Sequence record: MW021758.1
DNA length: 64,000 bases
Direction: 5' to 3' (one strand)
Shown here: piece after piece, positions 8,739-17,549 of the stretch
How the letters are laid out: the number at the start of each line of letters is the position of its first letter
Position numbering within the stretch: position 1 is the first letter of the stretch
Made by a program: the position numbers and the translations under genes
The notes under the pieces: model-generated
The model's database searches: none
The model's input: the letters and a program-made list of their open reading frames with translations, nothing else
Told to the model about the DNA's origin: nothing

Positions 8739-8766
8739 CTCTCCTAGGGAATGATCCCTAGGAGAG
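8739..8766 (-). terminator. Rho-independent terminator
   Basis: 12-bp perfect stem ctctcctaggga/tccctaggagag. Confidence 0.7.
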
Positions 8767-8777
8767 CTTCTGTGCGT

Positions 8778-9050
8778 TTATTTGCCAAAGACGTACTTGA
8801 CATCATGTTTGAAGTTTAAGATCGCTATGGACAGTATACCTTGCGGCATAAGCACGTATGAGAAGAACCCGTGGGCTTTATTTCCCTTGTAACGATCGTA
8901 GAGCCAAATACCAATAAAAGGAGTCACTCGAACAACGATGATCCACGGTAGCCAATGTAATGGCGATACCATCAGGGCAACGATGTAAAGAATATACATG
9001 ATTGCCACCACCCACGAAATGATAATACTCTTACTTGAAGGTTTCATCAC
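8778..9050 (-). CDS. small membrane protein
   Basis: hydrophobic segments. Confidence 0.65.
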   Translation of the reverse strand: MMKPSSKSIIISWVVAIMYILYIVALMVSPLHWLPWIIVVRVTPFIGIWLYDRYKGNKAHGFFSYVLMPQGILSIAILNFKHDVKYVFGK

Positions 9051-9442
9051 AATAGCACTTCCGTTATATTTCCCAGTTGATTACGGTAGACTCGCACTTT
9101 ACGTTTAACGCCTTCCTTGGCCTCTGAATAGACCAGTGAACCGCGGACGATGAGTAATGTACCCTTACCCTCGGCCTTGGCTTTGCTCAAGAAACTATTC
9201 ACCTTAGCCGAATCCATGAACGACCGTTTCTGATCTGTACCTTTGCGTAGCGTGCAGTAGAAGATGGATCGATAGTCGCTCTTTATCTCCACCCAAGGAT
9301 GTCCTATTGCGCGGAGAATATCCCGAGCGTCAGGTACAGGGTAATAGCTCACTAGCGTACGTAGATTGACTTCCCTGTCAACCTGTAGCACCTGTATCCC
9401 TTCCAGATCAAGGAGAGCTTTACTGGCGTACATCGAGCACAT
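9047..9442 (-). CDS. hypothetical protein
   Basis: ORF track, coupled to neighbours. Confidence 0.6.
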   Translation of the reverse strand: MCSMYASKALLDLEGIQVLQVDREVNLRTLVSYYPVPDARDILRAIGHPWVEIKSDYRSIFYCTLRKGTDQKRSFMDSAKVNSFLSKAKAEGKGTLLIVRGSLVYSEAKEGVKRKVRVYRNQLGNITEVLL

Positions 9443-9809
9443 CCTTAGCGTCCCAAATCCCTTCGTAAATGATCTCTCCTTTCGAATTTCTCCGATAGAT
9501 CAGATTAAAGGTGTCCGAGTCGTAGTAGTAAGTCAGATGAACGCTGTTAAAGTACTTGGCAGGAATGATCCAGCAGCTGTACCGCATCGTGTAGTATTTA
9601 CCTTCGAACTCGTCTACGTTATCAACCCGACTATCGTAAGTACAATTAACTCCGGAGTCAAAAGTTTTAACGTGGACTACGTCACCCGTGAATATAGCTT
9701 CGAAGATATAACCTTCACGGAACACGACCGGATCTTTTGCGTAGCTAAACGAGATGCTGAACGAAACCGCCAGCATCAACGCAACGACGCCGATGATCAA
9801 CTTCTTCAT
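9420..9809 (-). CDS. exported protein, C-x22-C family paralog 5
   Basis: signal ending SYA; FTGDVVHVKT..GVNC-x22-C. Confidence 0.8.
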   Translation of the reverse strand: MKKLIIGVVALMLAVSFSISFSYAKDPVVFREGYIFEAIFTGDVVHVKTFDSGVNCTYDSRVDNVDEFEGKYYTMRYSCWIIPAKYFNSVHLTYYYDSDTFNLIYRRNSKGEIIYEGIWDAKDVLDVRQ

Positions 9810-10201
9810 CAGAGTACTCCTTTCATTTCCTCCGTCTTAAAGTAGGCGAGGATATGTGGATGGAGCTCTTTGACCTTATGGGAAAGAGCGGTGAGTTTAT
9901 CCTCCACTCCAAGACCGGCCATCGCGTTGTAGTTATCATCGCTGAGTGACACGGTTGAAATGGAAGTTTTCATGGCGCCTGCATGAACGAACTTCATACC
10001 GACCTTACGGAAGATATGGTATTCTAGCAGCGGCCCGGTGATTACCAACAGACCAGAAAAGTCTGGACCTTTACGTTCCATGACGTAAGATTGATCGAAG
10101 GAGAGAACCGCAGTAATCTCCCGACCTTCGCCGAGTTGTTCACTCAGGCGCTTCTTTGTCTTGTCAGCGATCTGTGTTTCTGAGATAACGTATTCGATCA
10201 C
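9809..10201 (-). CDS. hypothetical protein
   Basis: coupled ORF. Confidence 0.7.
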   Translation of the reverse strand: MIEYVISETQIADKTKKRLSEQLGEGREITAVLSFDQSYVMERKGPDFSGLLVITGPLLEYHIFRKVGMKFVHAGAMKTSISTVSLSDDNYNAMAGLGVEDKLTALSHKVKELHPHILAYFKTEEMKGVL

Positions 10202-10632
10202 AGCGGATACCCCATTGGCAGTTGTAGCGTGACTTTACCGTAAGATTCGTAACCACGGCACTTTTTGATGGTAGCGTTGATGTAACTGAAGTTCTTGTCG
10301 TCAACATCAATGTAACGCGAGAACTCAACCAACGCGTCGGTGGAAACCAGAATAGCCATATCCAGATAGCTGTCGGTTTCCTCTGACTCGTAGAAGTAAA
10401 TCTTCTTCTCACCTTCTTCGCTTTCTAATTCAGCGGCGTCCTGCTCAAACATCTTAGCGAGGTAAGAACGTGATTTGGAAGTATCTTCCGGGGGAGTAAA
10501 GACAACGATATTGTAACCGTTACCAAACCACCCCTTCATCTCTTCCAGCGTCACTGAACCATCGGTAGTGATGAAAGACCGAGGACAACCGTTGAGGAAG
10601 TTACCGATCATCTCGAACATGGGTGAAAACAT
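10198..10632 (-). CDS. hypothetical protein
   Basis: coupled ORF. Confidence 0.7.
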   Translation of the reverse strand: MFSPMFEMIGNFLNGCPRSFITTDGSVTLEEMKGWFGNGYNIVVFTPPEDTSKSRSYLAKMFEQDAAELESEEGEKKIYFYESEETDSYLDMAILVSTDALVEFSRYIDVDDKNFSYINATIKKCRGYESYGKVTLQLPMGYPL

Positions 10633-11873
10633 TACGCTACCTCTTCGGAAAGTTTTGTTTTAAGTGTTTTGTAGAAGCCATCGAAATCACCGATGTTATC
10701 CAACATGATCTGTTGAAGTGCAGCGCCAGTGATTGTACCGTATGACTCATCATCAGAAATGCCACGGCCGTAATTAAGGATACTGAACTCATTAACTTCC
10801 CTGTAGGTCAGTGGTTTGATCTCGATGGAAAGATCAATACGACCTGGACGAATAAAGGTAGGATCCAACTCCTCTACGTGGTTAGACGTAATGAAGATGA
10901 TCTTATCGTCCAACGGCACTGGCCCGTCCAACGCGTTCAACATGGACTTCATGTCCACTTCGTTGATAGGCGGCTTATTGGATGCAGGGGAGTTTACTGG
11001 AGAGAAAGGATCAGGTTCCCGTTCAATCGCTAAGTCCTTAGACATTGGTTTGGCGTTAATGTCCTCGATAACCCCAATGTACCCCGGCCACAATCCGCGT
11101 AGATTGGCACCGATGTTGTAAGGATCACGACGTGGGTCGAATACCATGATATCCATCTTCAGATAACCGGCGATGCTACGGATCAATGACGTCTTACCCG
11201 TACCCGGCAAACCGTGGAGCAGGATAACTAACTTATACGGAATACCGCGATCGTAGTACCACTGACGGTTCTTCCTGAAGTTATCGATTGTAGTGATGAT
11301 CTTCGTTTTAGTCTCAGCATCGATAACTACTGTATCGAGATCACGACTAGGTATCTTAACCGAGGCACCTGCACCTTGTTCTGAAATATACGTGTGCGTA
11401 TTACGATCTGGCGAGCGAGATATCTCCGCAAAGAATTGATCGATGAGCGCATGGTTACGGGTAAAGAATCGGAATTCCATATCCATTGACCCATCATTAC
11501 GACCATTGCTCTGTACCATCTTCTTAGTGAACTTAACAGGCCTGCATTTATAGAAGAACCAATGAGTCCCCATCCCGGCAGACTGTTTGCCGTTACCCGT
11601 TACTGACGGCTGTACCGAACGTACGTAGCGAACCCACTTACTACTGGAGAACCACTCTTCAAAGTTAGAAAAGTGCGTATAGTTGAAGATTGTCTCCATG
11701 TTGATGCGTGTAGTGAGGTGGTGTAAGAAGAAGTTGAATAACTTAGATGGTAAGCCCTTCACCACCGCTGTAATCAACATCACCCCAGAGCCGCCAAACA
11801 ACACGCTAAGTAACATGTTGTCTTTTGCAATGTGGTTGAATTTCTCAAGCACAGTCATTATTGACTCTAACAT
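10632..11873 (-). CDS. BCS1-like membrane-anchored AAA+ ATPase
   Basis: N-terminal TM, GTHWFFYK (BCS1_N-like), Walker A GLPGTGKT, Walker B VIEDIN, LNALDG, TSNH, RPGRID. Confidence 0.85.
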   Translation of the reverse strand: MLESIMTVLEKFNHIAKDNMLLSVLFGGSGVMLITAVVKGLPSKLFNFFLHHLTTRINMETIFNYTHFSNFEEWFSSSKWVRYVRSVQPSVTGNGKQSAGMGTHWFFYKCRPVKFTKKMVQSNGRNDGSMDMEFRFFTRNHALIDQFFAEISRSPDRNTHTYISEQGAGASVKIPSRDLDTVVIDAETKTKIITTIDNFRKNRQWYYDRGIPYKLVILLHGLPGTGKTSLIRSIAGYLKMDIMVFDPRRDPYNIGANLRGLWPGYIGVIEDINAKPMSKDLAIEREPDPFSPVNSPASNKPPINEVDMKSMLNALDGPVPLDDKIIFITSNHVEELDPTFIRPGRIDLSIEIKPLTYREVNEFSILNYGRGISDDESYGTITGAALQQIMLDNIGDFDGFYKTLKTKLSEEVA

Positions 11874-11888
11874 TTCCCCGTTACCTTT

Positions 11889-12392
11889 TTAGAGAGCTGT
11901 AAAGCTCTTAGTGAATTCTTCAAGGGGACGACTGTAGGTCGTGCCGCTCTCGATATCCCGATAAGTCACAGTCTCTTTGTACTCGGGTTTGGTTACCTTC
12001 ATGTTACTTAAAGTAATAACCTGATAGATCTTACCCGAGTGGTGACGATAGAGACTGGCCGACTTAATTCCCGTTTCGATCTCGAAGATGATGATCTCCG
12101 GTTGATCGACAGTAGTAATCTTACTCAGATCAACTAACCAACGATCGTTGACGAAGAGCTCAATCCCTTCATTGTCATCAACGACAACAGGAGGGATCAT
12201 GGAGAAGGAAAGTAACTTACCCTCCATCTTGACTTCGACATCAGGGTTGGTCATCTCTACACCACTCGCCCATTTAGCGTAGACAATCGAGACAGTGGAT
12301 TCAGACACAACTGCATTGTGTTTAATTGGCAGTTGCTTACGTATCTGATTCATCCCACTGCCCTTACGGTAGGTGATGAGTGTTGTAATCAT
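11889..12392 (-). CDS. protein with C-terminal DUF1653-like domain
   Basis: YRHHSGKIYQV...VTYRD.....YSRPLEEF. Confidence 0.65.
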   Translation of the reverse strand: MITTLITYRKGSGMNQIRKQLPIKHNAVVSESTVSIVYAKWASGVEMTNPDVEVKMEGKLLSFSMIPPVVVDDNEGIELFVNDRWLVDLSKITTVDQPEIIIFEIETGIKSASLYRHHSGKIYQVITLSNMKVTKPEYKETVTYRDIESGTTYSRPLEEFTKSFTAL

Positions 12393-12841
12393 TTCAGTAA
12401 TACCCCAGCGAATTCTAATTCCACCCAGTCAGGCTGACGGAAGAAAACATCACGAGTAAAACCGCTCGCAAGGGTATCTGCCTTAAATGAGAACCGTAGG
12501 CCCAGGTCGCGATAACCTACCACCTGATCCAGGTGGAACGTAGAGTGGGAGTCTTCACGGTAGATGAAACCAGGCTTATTATCGCCCAAGTTAACCAGCG
12601 TTTCGCCAACTCGCCACTGCGCATCAACAATGCGAACCCGACGGAACTTCATTGCTTTGATCTCATCGGCCTGAATATGATCTTTCAGGAAAGCAATCCC
12701 GGCGTCTTTAGGAACTACGATGCGAATCGTCGCGTAAGAAGAAGGCTCCTTGATGATACGGATAAAGTCCTTAATCTCAGCACGAGTAACAGTACCTTCT
12801 TCAATCAACATGGATAACAAATAATCGCTAATACCTTTCAT
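12389..12841 (-). CDS. hypothetical protein
   Basis: ORF with RBS AAGGA. Confidence 0.7.
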   Translation of the reverse strand: MKGISDYLLSMLIEEGTVTRAEIKDFIRIIKEPSSYATIRIVVPKDAGIAFLKDHIQADEIKAMKFRRVRIVDAQWRVGETLVNLGDNKPGFIYREDSHSTFHLDQVVGYRDLGLRFSFKADTLASGFTRDVFFRQPDWVELEFAGVLLK

Positions 12842-12875
12842 GACATTTCCTTACTTAATTAAATGGGAGTATAAA

Positions 12876-12895
12876 GGGTAGGGATTTCCCTACCC
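12876..12895 (-). terminator. Rho-independent terminator
   Basis: gggtaggg-attt-ccctaccc. Confidence 0.7.
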
Positions 12896-12906
12896 GCTAT
12901 GATTAG

Positions 12907-13362
12907 TTATTTCCAGATCATGTCAAAAGTGATGATCTCGTGGAAGTCCCGGTTGGCTGCCTGCAGGTGGAAGTTGTTCACTGACTTGAGCTTCGCTTTC
13001 TTCAAGATAACGCGCGGAACGAACTTGAACGTCTGCTGCGTACCCGCCAGCGCCTTCAGGAAGGTTTTGTTAGTACAACCTTCCATCGGGGAGATCAGTG
13101 CGTAGATACCAGAAGGAGTACGGCGGAAATCGTGCAGATAAGCTACCGGGTTCTCTACGGTATCGTAACCGTTGTTTGGCAGCGGGGAATAGGAATACGG
13201 TTCTGCCAGCTTAGCAGAGCCTGCGTCCGGGTAAGGTAACCCGAATGCACACTGAATATGTTTGGCGTTCAGCAAGACCTGGTTAAAGGCCGTATAGCCG
13301 ATTTTGTTAACCAGATCGGAAGATGCGATGAAGACACGACGAGCAATAGTTTTATCGGACAT
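12907..13362 (-). CDS. hypothetical protein, possibly a second degenerate prohead-protease-fold paralog
   Basis: CAFGLP, ALISP, FKFVPRV, EIITFDM echo the motif order of 2560..3000. Confidence 0.5.
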   Translation of the reverse strand: MSDKTIARRVFIASSDLVNKIGYTAFNQVLLNAKHIQCAFGLPYPDAGSAKLAEPYSYSPLPNNGYDTVENPVAYLHDFRRTPSGIYALISPMEGCTNKTFLKALAGTQQTFKFVPRVILKKAKLKSVNNFHLQAANRDFHEIITFDMIWK

Positions 13363-13372
13363 TTGACTTTCC

Positions 13373-13813
13373 TTAACCTTTAACAGTTTGAATGATTTTA
13401 CTGACTTTGTTTACCGACTCTACAAAGAGAGCCTGGTTCATTACTACAGCCAATGCCGGCCACTCTACATCGATCTCGAGATACTGGAGCATCATCGGTT
13501 GATCCATGTATTCGTAGTAGGCAAGCATCAGCTTGTTAACTTCATCGTTATCCTTAACGACTACCATGCTACCAAAGTCCATCTGACCTTCTTCACGTAC
13601 GTTGAAGTAAGACAGGTTCTCCAGTAGTTCGAACTGCTTAACCATCTCTTCCAGAGAGAGGATATCGGTAACGCCTGATGTAATGACATTACCCTCTTTA
13701 TCGATCACTGGAACAAAACTGATGGTAGACTGTTCCGCATCAGAAGAAGTTACTTCAACGATCGTTCCCGTTGATTTCTCTCGCAGCAGGTCAAAAGTAA
13801 TTGGGAGGTACAT
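13373..13813 (-). CDS. hypothetical protein
   Basis: ORF track. Confidence 0.7.
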   Translation of the reverse strand: MYLPITFDLLREKSTGTIVEVTSSDAEQSTISFVPVIDKEGNVITSGVTDILSLEEMVKQFELLENLSYFNVREEGQMDFGSMVVVKDNDEVNKLMLAYYEYMDQPMMLQYLEIDVEWPALAVVMNQALFVESVNKVSKIIQTVKG

Positions 13814-13819
13814 GTTTTT

Positions 13820-14209
13820 CTACTCCGTAAGCAGTAAATCTTTTTCTTTGGTTTTGTCTTCGTCCTCAAAACCATCGATACGCATTAAACGATGTTCGGC
13901 AACCATCCCGTTACCAGTAAAACCACCGATTGTGATTTCACCTTTAGCAAAGATGGTACCGTACTTATCCGTGGTAAGTTTAGCGACCACGATGTCACCA
14001 AGAACTACCCAACTTCTAACATCCGGTATGAATGCCCCAGTTGATTTAATCGACTCCCCAGTACACGTAGTCACTCCTTCCAAAGAATAGAGACTCTCCC
14101 CATCAGGAACAAGTCCAACTACTCTTACTACCTTACCGACTTCGTTACGACCTTCTTCTTTGGTCTGGGAAATTATAACCGCCATACAACCAGGCTCAAT
14201 AGGTTTCAT
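13820..14209 (-). CDS. hypothetical phage protein (IEPGC.A.I family)
   Basis: ORF with strong GGAGG RBS. Confidence 0.7.
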   Translation of the reverse strand: MKPIEPGCMAVIISQTKEEGRNEVGKVVRVVGLVPDGESLYSLEGVTTCTGESIKSTGAFIPDVRSWVVLGDIVVAKLTTDKYGTIFAKGEITIGGFTGNGMVAEHRLMRIDGFEDEDKTKEKDLLLTE

Positions 14210-14217
14210 AACTCCTC

Positions 14218-14772
14218 CTAATTACAGCAACAATGCTTCTTTATCTGGGAGTGACTCAGCCAGATCCGATATTCGACGTCATCCATAGAGACACCCGTAC
14301 CGCGATGTATCGATCCGTCAAAACCTGAACGAATAAGTCTCGAGATGATATCAGGATTATCCAGGAACACATACGCAGGTAAAGCCACTTCCAGAAGAGA
14401 CGGGGTTCTCCCGATACACTCCAGAACGTAGTTACTACTCAACGCGCCTTCCCTTACGAACTCCTGATAAAGGTAAGTCCCTTTGACATATTCTTCGTGT
14501 TCTAAGATCAGCTTATAAACCTCGACCTTACTCATAACACGAAGGAGTTGTTTGAACTCGATGCCGGAGTAATCCTTATCGACAATGAAAGGGTTATTGA
14601 TCTCAATCGTCGCCGAGTAGACCGTAGGGCAATTACCCTTCAGGTCAGCGTTGTTTGGATTGTGGGCGTAATACTCAGCCGTTGCTTTATTACCAGCAAA
14701 GGTTATGGATGGATGAACTGATTCAGTGATAGGTGCTTTACGAACTAAGCCTCGATATACTTGATACTCCAT
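14218..14772 (-). CDS. ADP-ribosyltransferase-fold protein (ART-PolyVal-like)
   Basis: VYRG, ITFAG..ATAEYYA, VYSATIEINNPF, L..SGFDG.I, EY.IW....QIK follow the ART-PolyVal pattern; start moved to MEYQV because the track start crosses a terminator. Confidence 0.55.
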   Translation of the reverse strand: MEYQVYRGLVRKAPITESVHPSITFAGNKATAEYYAHNPNNADLKGNCPTVYSATIEINNPFIVDKDYSGIEFKQLLRVMSKVEVYKLILEHEEYVKGTYLYQEFVREGALSSNYVLECIGRTPSLLEVALPAYVFLDNPDIISRLIRSGFDGSIHRGTGVSMDDVEYRIWLSHSQIKKHCCCN

Positions 14773-14801
14773 AAAAGTTTCTCCGCTAAATTGGAATTCT
14801 A

Positions 14802-14821
14802 TCCTCAATAAAGTAATATAG
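14802..14821 (-). promoter_or_regulatory. phiKZ-type early promoter
   Basis: minus CTATATTAC-N6-GAGGA, exact TATATTAC core. Confidence 0.7.
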
Positions 14822-14856
14822 GCTTCAAAAAAGTTTAGATTCAAACAAAAAATAAA

Positions 14857-14875
14857 GGCGGGGAAAATCCCCGCC
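14857..14875 (-). terminator. Rho-independent terminator
   Basis: ggcgggga-aaa-tccccgcc with long T-tract. Confidence 0.75.
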
Positions 14876-14889
14876 GATATGAACAACGA

Positions 14890-16548
14890 TTAGTGATTAC
14901 CGATAAACGAGTAGCTCACTTTCTCGCCGTCTTTAGTAACGACTTCCGCGGTCAGCTGCGGGAAGTTGATCGGAGTAATACCTGTTACGCCGACTTTATC
15001 GGCCAGCGGTGTGCTGGAAGAGAACGCTTCAATAACGCGACGGGAACCGTGCAGCTCATGACGCATGTTCTCAGGGAACAAAGCGCTCTGGCTGTTACGG
15101 ATATCGTACGCACCTTTAAGCAAGAACACTGGGTCCTTCAGTGTACCGTACTCCATCTCTGGGTTAGCCCAGGTTTCAGGCGGAACCGTAATCCCAATGA
15201 CGTCGACACGTGGAGAATCGATACCGGCATACTCAGGATAGATTGACTGGCTATACTGGTAACCGGAAACGGTATTACGGCGGTCTTCGCGATCCCACTT
15301 CAGGATAGGGGGTGCATCGGCGAATTCGGCTTTCGTGTAGAACAGGAAGTTAAACACGCCGCGAGGATTGAACTTGAACTGGATAGAAGTAGCGTTAGGT
15401 ACGACTTTAGACATGAAGTCCAGAATCGAGATACGGCCACCTTCAACTGCCGCCTTCTCAGGTTGCGCATCCTTGGTTTTCACCTGGCTGAATACACCCT
15501 GGCGACCTTCTTCCTGCTTAGTTTCACCCGGTACCCAGAACAGGTACTGGATGTCTTCCAGCTTAGCAGCGGTACGGTGGAACGAACGATCCCAACCGTT
15601 CTTAGACACCAGCTCTTGTGCTTCATCGAGCTCACGTACTGTAGGCTCTTCAGTCGGCCGCTGATAGTTAACACCGTCAGTTTCACGGATATAACGAGTC
15701 AGTGCCAGATCCTCACCGCCTTCCACCAGGGCGTCGAACAACATGCCCAGGGATGTACCGACTACGTTAGTCTGATCTGGAGTCAGGGTATTAGCCCACA
15801 GCCAAACCAGTGCATCACGCTTACGGTTGTCTTTAATCGCATGGTACAGCTTAGCGTTATCGACGTACTGCTTGATGCGGTTACGATGGCGGTGATTGCG
15901 CAGAGCACCGTAGGTAGCCAGCGCTTTTGCATGAGACAGAATATCCAGAGACCAACGGTTCAGCGCATTGCGCATTACCAATACTTTCTCAGCCGCCGCA
16001 TTCTCTTCACCTGCGTAGTTAACTTTGACCGGGTTCAGAGGAATAGAACCCAGGGTACCGTGGAAGTGCAGCCACCGACCATCGTTAGGTACTGCAGTAT
16101 CGCTACCGCGGCTAAGTGTACGGTAACCATTAACCGGAGAACGCTCAACTGCACTCTGGAGCTTCAGAAGCAGGTTAGAGACTTCCACTGGCAGTTCGGC
16201 CAACTTACCAGTCTCGGTATTAAAAGCGACAGATGAAACTTCTCCGCCGGCACCGATGGTAACGAGATTGCCGTTAGCTTCCAACCAACGCTTACAGGTC
16301 CGGCAGGTCAGCTCTTTGCGATCCTGTTCACCGAAGGAGTCCAGGTAAATGTCGTACAGAGATTTGCTCGAGTTAGCGTGCGCCACGTTGACGCGGAAGA
16401 GTGGGAAGAACGAGCTTTCGCCGAAACGGAGGTTAGGTGCGCTACTGTTGAGTTTGATGTTTTCTTTTACTACTTCAACCAACAGGTCGAAGTCGAATTG
16501 AGATTTACCAGCTTCGTGTTCAGTACCTGCGTTTTGAATCTGTTCCAT
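14890..16548 (-). CDS. large hypothetical protein (552 aa, CxxC near N-terminus)
   Basis: long ORF; CRTC motif; no function assigned. Confidence 0.8.
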   Translation of the reverse strand: MEQIQNAGTEHEAGKSQFDFDLLVEVVKENIKLNSSAPNLRFGESSFFPLFRVNVAHANSSKSLYDIYLDSFGEQDRKELTCRTCKRWLEANGNLVTIGAGGEVSSVAFNTETGKLAELPVEVSNLLLKLQSAVERSPVNGYRTLSRGSDTAVPNDGRWLHFHGTLGSIPLNPVKVNYAGEENAAAEKVLVMRNALNRWSLDILSHAKALATYGALRNHRHRNRIKQYVDNAKLYHAIKDNRKRDALVWLWANTLTPDQTNVVGTSLGMLFDALVEGGEDLALTRYIRETDGVNYQRPTEEPTVRELDEAQELVSKNGWDRSFHRTAAKLEDIQYLFWVPGETKQEEGRQGVFSQVKTKDAQPEKAAVEGGRISILDFMSKVVPNATSIQFKFNPRGVFNFLFYTKAEFADAPPILKWDREDRRNTVSGYQYSQSIYPEYAGIDSPRVDVIGITVPPETWANPEMEYGTLKDPVFLLKGAYDIRNSQSALFPENMRHELHGSRRVIEAFSSSTPLADKVGVTGITPINFPQLTAEVVTKDGEKVSYSFIGNH

Positions 16549-16566
16549 TTATTATCTACCTTTCGA

Positions 16567-16656
16567 TTAAGAGTTTACGGGTTGGTTGCCGGTGAAGTCA
16601 GAGGGGTCTTCCTGCTGAAATGCTCCACGGTCTTCAGGTTCGTCGATCAGTAACAT
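16567..16656 (-). CDS. possible 29-aa acidic micro-ORF
   Basis: manual translation MLLIDEPEDRGAFQQEDPSDFTGNQPVNS fills the gap and overlaps the upstream stop. Confidence 0.35.
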   Translation of the reverse strand: MLLIDEPEDRGAFQQEDPSDFTGNQPVNS

Positions 16657-17033
16657 ATGCGTATCACGGTCCCCATTGATAAATAGTTGCTACGGTTGAC
16701 GGTAGCACAGAGTTCACCATCAATAACATCTATGGTCATGTGGGATGAACTAATGTAACCTAGTGCGACCAGGTCGCTGAATTTCGTAGAAATACAACTA
16801 ATGACAACGGTGGCATCTGGGTAGTTATTTCGATCGGAAAGAAACTTCATCCGTTCCGTTCCAACGGTATCGTCTACCATGAGGAAATGGAAACCGCTTT
16901 TCCCCAGGATGAACTCACCGGGTTTATTAGCCGCTTGAAGGATAGCGCTTTGGTTGGTGTTATATTCCAACAGGACTGCGCTGAGGGCCGGGGTAAGTGA
17001 CCCAGAATAGACCCGAACGATTTTGTCGCTCAT
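16647..17033 (-). CDS. hypothetical protein
   Basis: coupled ORF. Confidence 0.65.
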   Translation of the reverse strand: MSDKIVRVYSGSLTPALSAVLLEYNTNQSAILQAANKPGEFILGKSGFHFLMVDDTVGTERMKFLSDRNNYPDATVVISCISTKFSDLVALGYISSSHMTIDVIDGELCATVNRSNYLSMGTVIRICY

Positions 17034-17491
17034 TATTCAATCTCGAAAGTTTGAGAGACGCGAGAAGGCTGACGGATGTCTCGCACCAAGACTACCTCAA
17101 TTACCCCGTGGCCACGGAGGTACTCAATTGCCACATGTGCAACGAATACCATTTTTACAGGGAACCCGTAGTTCATGCGCTCAGGACCTAAATCCTCAGG
17201 CATCCTTACACTACCGGAACCGAATACGTGGACAGGCAATTCTGTAGCCCGAATCTCATGGAAGAGTGTTTCGAAGTCGACGTCGTTGTCGATCCAGACA
17301 CAACGGAACTGACCATCGACAATGATCGTGTTAGGGTTCTCTCGTGCCAGAGAGACGAAGTGACCTTTACCCGGATACAGTTTACCAAAACCAAACGCCA
17401 AATCGTTCGGGTTAGCAGAGAAGTGCAGGGTAATGTAACGTTTCACTTCTTTTTCGTAAGTACGGATGATATCTACTAACGTTGCAAGCAT
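17033..17491 (-). CDS. hypothetical protein
   Basis: ORF with GGAG RBS. Confidence 0.7.
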   Translation of the reverse strand: MLATLVDIIRTYEKEVKRYITLHFSANPNDLAFGFGKLYPGKGHFVSLARENPNTIIVDGQFRCVWIDNDVDFETLFHEIRATELPVHVFGSGSVRMPEDLGPERMNYGFPVKMVFVAHVAIEYLRGHGVIEVVLVRDIRQPSRVSQTFEIE

Positions 17492-17516
17492 GGTTATCTC
17501 CTAGGGCAGAATAGAA

Positions 17517-17542
17517 CCTTCCTCTATCTGAATAGAGGAAGG
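17517..17542 (-). terminator. Rho-independent terminator
   Basis: ccttcctctat-ctga-atagaggaagg. Confidence 0.6.
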
Positions 17543-17549
17543 CGTTAAA

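Noticed and set aside
15463-16236. 257-aa plus-strand ORF
   Set aside because: Shadow of 14890..16548; the translation has no recognisable protein character.
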